Shown here in pieces: positions 8,838 through 17,847 of a stretch of 54,315 nt of DNA; within the stretch, counting starts at the first letter, position 1; the number at the start of each line of letters is the position of its first letter. The translations under genes and the position numbers were made by a program. A model generated the notes under the pieces. That model had not been told where the DNA came from and searched no databases. It was given only the letters and a program-made list of their open reading frames with translations. Source of the stretch: an uncultured Clostridia bacterium. GTDB taxonomy: Bacteria; Bacillota; Clostridia; TANB77; CAG-508. Location of the stretch: positions 1-54,315 of the forward strand of contig CAJFJM010000002.1 in assembly GCA_904384245.1 (NCBI GenBank). The letters run 5' to 3'.

Positions 8838-9920
8838 GTGTTTATCCATTCTTTTGTTCTTAATAAAAATAAAAAAATGTTAGTTTTAATTTTTGCTATT
8901 ATTGTAGTTTTTTTGTCTTCTTCCCTTATTATTTATTTTTCTTTTTCTCATGATGAAGAAACATCTGATTCTTCTGATGAGTCAAGTAGTAATGATTATA
9001 TTAAATGGGTGGATTTTAATGTGACTTGTGAGGCTATGAAACTTACTTCTGCTTTGGATATTGAGTCTCATAATTCTGTTAATAATGATAATGTGGTTGT
9101 TTATAACTGGATTGAACTTCTTTCTTATCTTGCTTGTAAAAATGGTGGTAATTTTAAAAATTTTAAATCAAGTGATTTGGATGATTTAGTTTCTAAATTG
9201 GAAAGTGGAGAAAGTATGGAAGATTTAACTTCTTCTATGAAGTATTATTCTTATTATTTTGAGGCATATTCTGCTGTTTTGGGTGGTTTTATTGGTAATT
9301 ATTCTATAGATTCTTCCGCTTCCTCTTTAGATTCTAATACAGTTTCTTTTGAAAGTAAATATGGTTTAAAAGTTTTTTTGCCAATTGCTAAAAATTATAG
9401 TTTTAGTCATTATGATGATTTTGGTAATTCTCGTTCATATGGTTTTAGGCGTACTCATTTGGGTAATGATTTAATGGGTAGTATTGGTACTCCTATTATT
9501 GCTGTAGAGTCTGGTATTGTCGAACATCTTGGTTGGAATCAATATGGTGGTTGGCGTATTGGTATTCGTAGTTTTGATGGTAAGAGATATTATTATTATG
9601 CTCATCTTCGTAAAGATCACCCATATGTTGCTAATCTTGAGGAAGGTTCTACTGTTTTAGCTGGTGATGTTATTGGATACCTTGGAATGACTGGTTATAG
9701 TATAAAGGAAAATGTTAATAATATAAATGTTCCTCATCTTCATTTTGGTATGCAACTTATTTTTGATGAGTCTCAGGTTGATAGCCCTAATGAGATTTGG
9801 ATTGATGTTTATGAGATTGTTGAATTTTTAAAGCAGAATCGCTCTGAAGTTGTTCTTTCTGATTCTGAAAGTAAGGATTATTCTAGGAAATATTCTTTTT
9901 TTGAGGAAGGATTGGAATAG
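8838..9920 (+). CDS. Membrane-anchored M23 (LytM-type) metallopeptidase
   Basis: 360 aa with an N-terminal TM helix. M23 motifs are present: HLGNDL...GTPIIAVESG...YYYAHL...GMTGYS...PHLHFG. GTG start after the SD tagggggatt. Confidence 0.85.
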   Translation: MFIHSFVLNKNKKMLVLIFAIIVVFLSSSLIIYFSFSHDEETSDSSDESSSNDYIKWVDFNVTCEAMKLTSALDIESHNSVNNDNVVVYNWIELLSYLACKNGGNFKNFKSSDLDDLVSKLESGESMEDLTSSMKYYSYYFEAYSAVLGGFIGNYSIDSSASSLDSNTVSFESKYGLKVFLPIAKNYSFSHYDDFGNSRSYGFRRTHLGNDLMGSIGTPIIAVESGIVEHLGWNQYGGWRIGIRSFDGKRYYYYAHLRKDHPYVANLEEGSTVLAGDVIGYLGMTGYSIKENVNNINVPHLHFGMQLIFDESQVDSPNEIWIDVYEIVEFLKQNRSEVVLSDSESKDYSRKYSFFEEGLE

Positions 9921-9921
9921 G

Positions 9922-10071
9922 CCGGATGATAGGGACAGGTGATTTCGTCCGAGAAAAGAACGTTAGGGACCACTCCATTTCGTTCACAAAACATTTTTTA
10001 TATTTTGTGAACGAAATGGAGTGTCCCTAACGTTCTTTTTCCGGACAAAATCGCCTGTCCCTATCATCCGG
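9922..10071. repeat. Long near-perfect palindrome (~150 bp), copy 2
   Basis: ccggatgatagggacaggtgatttcgtccg...aacgttagggac...ttcacaaaacattttttatattttgtgaa...gtccctaacgtt...cggacaaaatcgcctgtccctatcatccgg. It is highly similar to 8114-8258. Confidence 0.9.
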
Positions 10072-10364
10072 TTCTTTTCTAAAATTAATTTTATCTCTTT
10101 ATTTATTTTTCCTCTTGTTACACTTAAAGTGACTTCATCTTTTGGTTTTTTTGTGTAAATATATTTTCTCAAGTCATTCATTGTGTTTAATTCTATTCCA
10201 TCAATTTTTGTAATTATATCTCCTTCTTTGAGTTCTGTGTTGTCTGCTGGGCTGTTTTTTGTTATTTGTGCTACATATAGTCCTTTTTCAAAATTTAGAC
10301 TTTTATTTAAGTATGGTATTACTTCTTTATCATATGCGTATATTCCTATTCCGGGTTTCTTCAA
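9984..10364 (-). CDS. htrA: HtrA/DegP-family protease, PDZ-domain fragment (second half of a frameshifted gene)
   Basis: KPGIGIYAYDKE...GLYVAQITKNSPADNTELKEGDIITKIDGIEL is a PDZ domain. It overlaps the protease-domain ORF in another frame. The last ~30 codons (RMIGTGDFVRKKNVRDTPFRSQNIKNVL) are encoded by the palindromic repeat. Confidence 0.8.
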   Translation of the reverse strand: MKKPGIGIYAYDKEVIPYLNKSLNFEKGLYVAQITKNSPADNTELKEGDIITKIDGIELNTMNDLRKYIYTKKPKDEVTLSVTRGKINKEIKLILEKNRMIGTGDFVRKKNVRDTPFRSQNIKNVL

Positions 10365-11193
10365 ATGTTCCTGTGTTTTTAAAACTTTCTATGATTGGTT
10401 TTACTATGTCTATTGGTATTGCAAATCCTATTCCTTCTGCTGATGATATTTTTACTGTGTTTATTCCTATCATTTCTCCATTTGCTGTAATTAACGGACC
10501 TCCACTGTTTCCTGGATTTATTGTTGCATCTGTTTGTATTAAATCTGTCATGTATGATACTTGGTCAATTTCTTGGATTTTTATTGTTCTATTTTTTGCA
10601 CTTATGATTCCTGATGTTACTGTTCTTCTAAATTCAAATCCTATTGGATTTCCTATTGCATATACTGTTTCTCCTACTCTTGTGTTTTCTGGCTCTCCTA
10701 ATGTTATTGTTTGTAAATTTTTTGCATTTATTTTTGTTATTGATAAATCTATATCTGAGTCACTCCACATTACTGTTCCATCATATGTGTTTCCATTTTC
10801 TAATGTGATATAACATTTACTGTATTTTCCGCCTGTTACATGTTCATTGCTTAAGATATATCCGTCTTCTGAAACTATTACTCCTGTTCCTAATCCTAAT
10901 TCTTCTTCACTGCTTGTTCCAAAAATTGAACTTCCTACATTTTTTAATTTTGATATCCCAACTACACTTTGGGTTGTTTTTTCTATTATGTCTGCAATTT
11001 TTGTGCTTTTTTCTTGTACTTCTTCCACAGTTTGTTCATTTTCTGTGGATAATGTTTTTTGAGTTTCATAGTCTGATGTTTTTATTTCTATTTTTGTGTA
11101 TGTAGTGTATAAATAAAATCCTAAAATCCATAATAATATGAGGATTATTGCTGTTATTATTATTTTCTTTCTTGTGTTTCTTCTTTTTCTCAT
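10330..11193 (-). CDS. htrA: HtrA/DegP-family serine protease, TM anchor plus trypsin-like domain (first half of a frameshifted gene)
   Basis: GTGVIVSEDGYILSNEHV...DSDIDLS...GNSGGPLI gives the His/Asp/Ser triad. The likely start is the ATG at 11193, 8 nt after the SD gaggtga (the ORF track starts at 11205). The frame breaks at the CCC run at 10353-10355. Confidence 0.85.
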   Translation of the reverse strand: MRKRRNTRKKIIITAIILILLWILGFYLYTTYTKIEIKTSDYETQKTLSTENEQTVEEVQEKSTKIADIIEKTTQSVVGISKLKNVGSSIFGTSSEEELGLGTGVIVSEDGYILSNEHVTGGKYSKCYITLENGNTYDGTVMWSDSDIDLSITKINAKNLQTITLGEPENTRVGETVYAIGNPIGFEFRRTVTSGIISAKNRTIKIQEIDQVSYMTDLIQTDATINPGNSGGPLITANGEMIGINTVKISSAEGIGFAIPIDIVKPIIESFKNTGTFEETRNRNIRI

Positions 11194-11387
11194 AGAAAAT
11201 ATCACCTCAAAATTATTATTCTCTTATTTTTTTATTTTAGTCATTTTATATGATTGTTTTTTTTATTTTCTTATTTTCTTTTAACATTAAAAATTTATTT
11301 TTTGTTCTATTATTCTAGTATTATATATTTATTTTTTGTTTAATTATTTTAGCATTTTAAATTTGTTCTTTTTTTTATTATTTTAAT

Positions 11388-11511
11388 ATAAGAAAAGTAA
11401 TGAAGCTACATAAGCTTGGCTCACGTGAATCTTTTTAAAGGATACTTTTCTTGTTGTATACGGAAAAATCCATATAGAGGCAAGGCAAAAGTTGATTTTT
11501 CTATACAATAA
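11388..11511 (+). repeat. Intergenic repeat family, copy B (~125 nt)
   Basis: Full-length match to 1503-1628, in the same orientation. Confidence 0.8.
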
Positions 11512-11637
11512 AAAAACAACAATAAAATGGAAAAAATAAAAAAAGATTGTTGAGCAAAATATTTTATATATACTTTGTCAACAATCTGAAATGACTTTAA
11601 ATATTTTTTAATTCATTTGCTTTTTTACTTAAAACTT

Positions 11638-13362
11638 TTATACCAATTCTTTTAATTCCTCATATCTTTTTACTTTTTGTGTTGTTGTTTTCTTTAGTCC
11701 TTGTGTTGTTATTGTTATACTTTTTATGTGTTTAAATATTGGTAATGTTTGATTTATTTTTTTGATTTCTTCCCAGATTATTTGCTTATATTCTTGTTCT
11801 GTTTTTTCTCCTAGATATTCTTTTATGTGTTCTTTGTCATATACTATTTTTGCACATAGCATTGTGTCTGTTGTGCTTTTGTCTCTTGAATATACTATTG
11901 ATTCTGCTACATATGGTATTTTATTTATTAGGAATTCTATTTCTTGTGGATATACATTTTTTCCGTTTTTTAATACTATTATATCTTTTTTTCTTCCTGT
12001 TATGAAAATAAATCCATCTTTGTCTATGTATCCGTAATCTCCTGTTCTAAACCAACCATTTTTTAAGACTTTTTTTGTTTCTTCTTCATTTTTGTAATAT
12101 CCTAGCATTACATTTGGTCCTTTTACTGTTATTTCTCCTTCTCCATTTTCGTCTTTGTCTTCTATTTTTACTTGGAGACTTGGAAGTGCTAGTCCTACTG
12201 AGCCTGGTCTTTTTTCTTTGTCTGTTTCTGCTGAGATTACTGGCGATGTTTCTGTTAGTCCATAGCCTTGTACTAATGATATTCCTAAATTATTATATCC
12301 TATAATTGTGTCTTTGTTCATTGGTGCTGCTCCATATAAAACTACTCTTAGATTTCCTCCAAAATTATCTAGAATTTGTTTAAATATTACTTTTCTTAAG
12401 TCAATTTTGCATTTTAGTAATGCATTTGAGATTTTTGTCATTTTGTTTATTAGTTTTGTTTTTCCTTTTTCTTCTATTGCTTTTAATATTTTTTTGTACA
12501 TTGTTTCTAATACTAGTGGTACTGCTACAAAGACTGATACTTTGTATTCTGCTAAATTTTTTTGTATGTATTTTAATCCATCACAAAAAGCTACTGTTGC
12601 TCCACTGTAAAATCCGTAAAGGAATGTTATTGTACATTCAAATGTGTGATGTATTGGTAAGAATGATAATAGTGTGTCTGTATCATAGATTTTTACAAAT
12701 GTTGCTATATCTGTTAAATCAGAGCATATGTTTTTCTGTGTTAACATGACTGCTTTTGGTTCATTTGTTGTTCCTGATGTAAATAGCATTATAGACATTT
12801 TATTTGGGTCAATTTTTATTTTTTCATATTTTGTATCTCCATTTTCTAGTAATTTTTTTCCTTCTTTTACTAATTCTTGTACAGTTTTGGATTTTTTATC
12901 ATTTTTTTCTGTGCATATGATTTCTTTTATTTTTTCTTCTGATTTTTGTGTTTCTAATGCAATATCTAAATATTTTTTGTCACATATAATTGCTTCTGCT
13001 CCACTTCTTATAATTAGTCTTTGCATTTCATTGTCTGGTAATGCTTTATCTATTGGAACTACTACCATGTTTCCACATGTTATTGCTAGATAGCTTATAC
13101 ACCATTCATAACTGTTATTTCCTACTAAAACTATTTTCTTTCCTTCTAATCCTAATTTTAATAATGTTGTACTTAATGCTTTTATATCTTCTCCTGTTTG
13201 TTTATATGTTTTTTCTATGTATTCAGGCTCTTTTGCTGTATAATCTTTTTTGTATTTATATGCTATGTTTTCAGCATAATGTGTACATGAATAATCTACT
13301 AAATCTCTATAGTCTTTTACTGGTCTTGATTCATAAACTTTTCTATTTTCATTATCACCCAT
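11638..13362 (-). CDS. AMP-dependent long-chain acyl-CoA synthetase / fatty-acyl-AMP ligase
   Basis: 574 aa. Adenylate-forming motifs are present: LFTSGTTNEPKAVMLTQKN, GYGLTETS, TGDYGYIDKDGF. It is divergent from the NRPS gene. Confidence 0.85.
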   Translation of the reverse strand: MGDNENRKVYESRPVKDYRDLVDYSCTHYAENIAYKYKKDYTAKEPEYIEKTYKQTGEDIKALSTTLLKLGLEGKKIVLVGNNSYEWCISYLAITCGNMVVVPIDKALPDNEMQRLIIRSGAEAIICDKKYLDIALETQKSEEKIKEIICTEKNDKKSKTVQELVKEGKKLLENGDTKYEKIKIDPNKMSIMLFTSGTTNEPKAVMLTQKNICSDLTDIATFVKIYDTDTLLSFLPIHHTFECTITFLYGFYSGATVAFCDGLKYIQKNLAEYKVSVFVAVPLVLETMYKKILKAIEEKGKTKLINKMTKISNALLKCKIDLRKVIFKQILDNFGGNLRVVLYGAAPMNKDTIIGYNNLGISLVQGYGLTETSPVISAETDKEKRPGSVGLALPSLQVKIEDKDENGEGEITVKGPNVMLGYYKNEEETKKVLKNGWFRTGDYGYIDKDGFIFITGRKKDIIVLKNGKNVYPQEIEFLINKIPYVAESIVYSRDKSTTDTMLCAKIVYDKEHIKEYLGEKTEQEYKQIIWEEIKKINQTLPIFKHIKSITITTQGLKKTTTQKVKRYEELKELV

Positions 13363-13469
13363 TTTTTATTCCTTCTTCCTTTTTTTCTTTTTTTGTTTAT
13401 TTTATATTATTTTATTAAAATTTACAAGTCCATGTTTTCGACATTTTTTTGCTTTTTTTTACAAAATAT

Positions 13470-13498
13470 TTGATTTTTCTTCATGCTACTAGTATAAT
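13470..13498 (+). promoter_or_regulatory. Sigma-70-type promoter upstream of the NRPS gene
   Basis: TTGATT (13470-13475), a 17-nt spacer, then TATAAT (13493-13498), about 107 nt upstream of the ATG. Confidence 0.55.
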
Positions 13499-13604
13499 AT
13501 GGTTAATGTTATTTTATTTATTGAATCAAGGTGTGGTTAGAAAGATTATACTTTCATATCAAAATGTGCCTTTTTTAATGAAATAAGGAAGGAATGAGAA
13601 TATT

Positions 13605-16600
13605 ATGAAAAAAAGTTATCCTTTAACAATCCCTCAAGAATCTATTTGGTTAACAGATAAATTTTATGAATATACTAGTATATCTAATCTTGGTGGAACT
13701 TTATTGATAAAAGAGAAAGTTGATTTTGATTTGTTAAATAAATCTATCAATTTATTTATAGAGCAAAATGATGGTATTAGACTTTCTTTTAATTTTGAGA
13801 ATGGCTCTCTTTATCAATTTGTTAAAGATTATTCATTTGAGAATTTTCCTGTTTTTGATGTCAATTCTGATGAGGAATTGCATAATTTGGAAAAGTCTTT
13901 TATGCATGAGAGATTTACTATTTCAAATTTGCCTTTATATAGATTTAATTTAATAAAATTGAAAAATGGTTTTGGTGGCTTTAATATTATTATGCATCAT
14001 CTTATTTCTGATGCTTGGAGTATGAGTCTTTTAGTTACTAAAATTATTGATATTTATTCTTGTTTATTAAAAAATCAAACAATTTCTGTTGAAAATGCTC
14101 CATCTTATATTGATTATATTGAGTCTGAGCAAAAATATTTAGAATCTGAAAAATTTAAAAAAGATAAATTGTTTTGGGAGGATAAATTTAATACTTGTCC
14201 ATCCTGTACTTCATTTTCGCAAAAAAATTCCCAGAATGCTTCTCAAAAAGCAAAAAGAAAAATATTCTCTTTAGATAATAGCTCTAAAATTGTCGAATTT
14301 TGTAAAAATACTGATTTATCAGTTTTTACATTTTTGATGAGTGTTTTTTCTATATATTTATATAGAATTTCTGGTGTAGAAGATATTATTATTGGTTCTC
14401 CTATTTTAAATAGGAATGGGCTTAAGGAAAAAAATATGATGGGACTTTTTATAAATACTTTGCCTGTAAAAATAGAAATACATGATAATCCATCTTTTTC
14501 TGCTTTGGCAAAACATGTGTCTGATACACAATTTTCTATGTTTAGGCATCATAAATTTCCTTATTCTAGAATATTGGAGTTTGTGAGAGATAAATATAAA
14601 TTTTCTAATAATTTGTATGATACAATTATTTCTTATCAAAATGCGAGAGATAATTCTGATACTTCAGATGTTAAATATACAACTAATTGGGACTTTAATG
14701 GCGCTATTTCTAATAGTTTGGATATTCATATATATGATTTAGATAATACTGGTATTTTGAAATTGTTTTATGATTATAGACTTGATAAATTTAGTGAAGA
14801 TGATATTAGTGATATTCATAATAGAATTTTATATATAATTGACCAAATTATTTCTAATCCTGATATTTTGGTTAATGATTTAGAAATTGTTACTCCAGAT
14901 GAAAAAAATAATTTATTGTATAAGTTTAATGATACTTTTTTAGATTATCCTAAAAATAAAACTATAAATGAATTGTTTGAAGATCAAGTTTTGGTAACAC
15001 CTGATAAAAAGGCTGTTGCTTTTGGTGATTCTACTTTGACTTATTATGAATTAAATAAAAAAGCTAACCAGTTGGCTAATTTTTTAAGAAAGGAAAAAAA
15101 TATAAAATCTAATACTTTTGTTGGTATTCTTACTAAACGTTCTTTAGAGATGGCTGTTGGTATTTTAGCTATTTTAAAAGCTGGTGCTACATATGTTCCT
15201 ATTGACCCAGAATATCCTGAAGATAGGGTTTCTTATATGATAGAAGATTCTGGTGCTAAACTTATTTTGGTAGATAATTATACACAAGATCTTTATAAAT
15301 TAAAAAATGTTGTTAATATTGATTTATCAAATGAATTTTATAATAATTATTCAGATGAGAATTTACCTGTTTTGAATACACCTGATGATTTAATGTATTT
15401 AATTTATACTTCTGGTTCTACTGGTAAACCAAAAGGTGTTATGTTGATGCATAAAAATGTTAATAATTATTTACATGGTTTAAAGGATAAAATCGATTTT
15501 TCTAGCGAAAAAGTGATTGTTTCTGTTACTACGATTTGTTTTGACATTTTTGTTACTGAATTTTGGGGTGGATTGTTAAATGGTTTAACAGTTGTAATTG
15601 CAAATGAGCAAGAACAGAATATTGCTTCTGATTTGAGCAAAATTTGTTCTAAATATAATGTTAATATGATACAAACAACACCTTCTAGATTTACTGCTTT
15701 ACTTGCGGAGAATTCGGACTTTTTGAATACTATTACAGATTTAATGGTTGGTGGTGAGGCTTTACCTAAAACATTGTTAAAACAATTACATAATTTCCCT
15801 TGGATTAAAATTTTTAATATGTATGGTCCAACTGAGACTGCTGTTTGGTCAACTATTAAAGAATCTCCTGTGGAAGAAAATATTACTATTGGTACTCCAA
15901 TTGCAAATACTGTTGTTTATATTTTAGATGATAATTTAAAATTACTTCCTCCAAATATTCCTGGAAATTTATATATTGGTGGAGATGGAGTTTGCAAGGG
16001 ATATTATAATAGACCTGACCTTACAAAAAATGTTTTTGTTAAATCTCCTTTTGATGATTCTATTATATATAATACTAAGGATTTGGCTTATATACAAAAA
16101 GATGGAGAGATTGTTCATTTGGGTAGAAGTGATTTTCAAGCTAAAGTTCATGGGTTTAGAGTTGAACTTGGTGAAATTGAGAATGCTATTATGACTTATC
16201 CTGATATTACTAATGCTGTTGTTTTGTTACAAGATAATTCTTTAAATGCTTTTATAGTTGCAAATTCTACTATTGAAGCACAGGATGTTATAACTTATCT
16301 TATGAAATCTTTACCTCATTATATGATTCCAAAAACTATAACACAAATTGATGAGATGCCTCTAACTCCTAATGGAAAAATAAATAGAAAAAGTCCTATT
16401 TTAAAAGCTACATATCAAGTTTCTAAAAATCAAGTTTTACCTAGAAATGATACTGAAAAATTGCTTTATAATTTGTTTAAGGAAACTGTTAATTTGGATA
16501 TTGGTGTTACTGATAATATATTTGAACATGGTGTGGATTCTTTGATGATTATTAAACTTGTAAGCAAATTATATCTTTATAATATAAATTTAAGCATACA

Positions 16601-17846
16601 GGATTTTTATAATAATCCATCTATTGAGGGAATTTCTAAATTGATTTGTGAACATACAAATAAAAGTGATGTGCCTGATTCTTCATCTTCTAAACATATT
16701 GTTAAAATTTCTGATATTCAGAAACCTTTGTATTCTGAATTATCTGATAAAAAAGATGGAATTCTATTAACTGGTGTTACTGGTTTTTTAGGTATACATG
16801 TACTAGAATCTTTAATTCTTCATTCTGATTATAAGATATATTGTAGTATTAGGACTAAAAATGGGCAGGCTTCAAAATCAAGACTTATTGATAGACTTAA
16901 TTATTATTTTGATGGTAAATATATTGATTTAATTGAGAAGAGAATTTTTGTTGTTGATTCTAATATTACTGATAATTATTTTGGTTTGACTTTGGATAAT
17001 TATAATAAACTTGGTAAGAAGATTTTTAGTGTTATACATTGTGCTGCTGATGTTAGACATTATGGCAATTATTCTTCTTCTGAAAAAATAAATATAACAG
17101 CTACTAAAAATATCATTCAATTTTGTTTAGATTTTAATGCTGTTCTTAATCATATTTCTACAATGACTGTTTCTGGATATGGTTTGGTTGATGTTAACTA
17201 TACTGGTATATATGATGAAGATAAATTTTATATTGGACAAAATTATGCCGATAATATCTATGTTAAAACTAAGTTTTTGGCAGAAGAAGAAGTTTTCAAG
17301 GCTTTGGATAAAGGGTTAATTGCAAATATTTATAGAATTGGTAATTTAACAAATAGATTTTCTGATTATAAATTTCAATTTAATTCATATGAAAATGGAT
17401 TTATAAATAAACTAAAATCTATTAAACATATTAGGTTATTGCCTGAATCTTTGAGAGATTATCAATTGGAACTTACTCCTGTTGATTTGTGCTCTGAGGC
17501 CATTGTTAAACTTGCTATTTCTTATAAGAAAAAATATAATGTTAATGTTTTTCATTTATATAATAATAATTATATTTCTATGAATATGATTACTAATATA
17601 TTGACTTATTATAATTTAAATGTTAAATTTGTACCTGATGATGAGTTTGAAAAAGCTGTTGCTTCTTCCATTGCAACATCTAAAGAGAATGCTGGATTTA
17701 TTGAGCAATTTAATATTAAAAATGTTCTTGGAACTAATCAATTTGCTTTTTCTAACGAGAAAACATTATCTATTCTTAAATCATTAGATTTTAGTTGGAA
17801 GAATATTACAGAAGATTATTTGAAATTTATAATAAGGGGACTTTAG
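13605..17846 (+). CDS. Single-module nonribosomal peptide synthetase, C-A-T-R (terminal thioester reductase)
   Basis: 1413 aa. C domain: MHHLISDAWS (HHxxxD). A domain: LIYTSGSTGKPKGV, YGPTE, GNLYIGGDGVCKGYY, PNGKINRK. PCP: FEHGVDSLMIIKL. R domain: LLTGVTGFLGIHVLESL plus YVKTK. Confidence 0.95.
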   Translation: MKKSYPLTIPQESIWLTDKFYEYTSISNLGGTLLIKEKVDFDLLNKSINLFIEQNDGIRLSFNFENGSLYQFVKDYSFENFPVFDVNSDEELHNLEKSFMHERFTISNLPLYRFNLIKLKNGFGGFNIIMHHLISDAWSMSLLVTKIIDIYSCLLKNQTISVENAPSYIDYIESEQKYLESEKFKKDKLFWEDKFNTCPSCTSFSQKNSQNASQKAKRKIFSLDNSSKIVEFCKNTDLSVFTFLMSVFSIYLYRISGVEDIIIGSPILNRNGLKEKNMMGLFINTLPVKIEIHDNPSFSALAKHVSDTQFSMFRHHKFPYSRILEFVRDKYKFSNNLYDTIISYQNARDNSDTSDVKYTTNWDFNGAISNSLDIHIYDLDNTGILKLFYDYRLDKFSEDDISDIHNRILYIIDQIISNPDILVNDLEIVTPDEKNNLLYKFNDTFLDYPKNKTINELFEDQVLVTPDKKAVAFGDSTLTYYELNKKANQLANFLRKEKNIKSNTFVGILTKRSLEMAVGILAILKAGATYVPIDPEYPEDRVSYMIEDSGAKLILVDNYTQDLYKLKNVVNIDLSNEFYNNYSDENLPVLNTPDDLMYLIYTSGSTGKPKGVMLMHKNVNNYLHGLKDKIDFSSEKVIVSVTTICFDIFVTEFWGGLLNGLTVVIANEQEQNIASDLSKICSKYNVNMIQTTPSRFTALLAENSDFLNTITDLMVGGEALPKTLLKQLHNFPWIKIFNMYGPTETAVWSTIKESPVEENITIGTPIANTVVYILDDNLKLLPPNIPGNLYIGGDGVCKGYYNRPDLTKNVFVKSPFDDSIIYNTKDLAYIQKDGEIVHLGRSDFQAKVHGFRVELGEIENAIMTYPDITNAVVLLQDNSLNAFIVANSTIEAQDVITYLMKSLPHYMIPKTITQIDEMPLTPNGKINRKSPILKATYQVSKNQVLPRNDTEKLLYNLFKETVNLDIGVTDNIFEHGVDSLMIIKLVSKLYLYNINLSIQDFYNNPSIEGISKLICEHTNKSDVPDSSSSKHIVKISDIQKPLYSELSDKKDGILLTGVTGFLGIHVLESLILHSDYKIYCSIRTKNGQASKSRLIDRLNYYFDGKYIDLIEKRIFVVDSNITDNYFGLTLDNYNKLGKKIFSVIHCAADVRHYGNYSSSEKINITATKNIIQFCLDFNAVLNHISTMTVSGYGLVDVNYTGIYDEDKFYIGQNYADNIYVKTKFLAEEEVFKALDKGLIANIYRIGNLTNRFSDYKFQFNSYENGFINKLKSIKHIRLLPESLRDYQLELTPVDLCSEAIVKLAISYKKKYNVNVFHLYNNNYISMNMITNILTYYNLNVKFVPDDEFEKAVASSIATSKENAGFIEQFNIKNVLGTNQFAFSNEKTLSILKSLDFSWKNITEDYLKFIIRGL

Positions 17847-17847
17847 T

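Noticed and set aside
13768-17120. Short sense and antisense ORFs lie inside the NRPS gene (13768-13953, 14406-14639, 15969-16194, 16929-17120)
   Set aside because: They are fully embedded in a 1413-aa ORF with complete C-A-T-R motifs. They are low-complexity, have no start signals, and are considered spurious.
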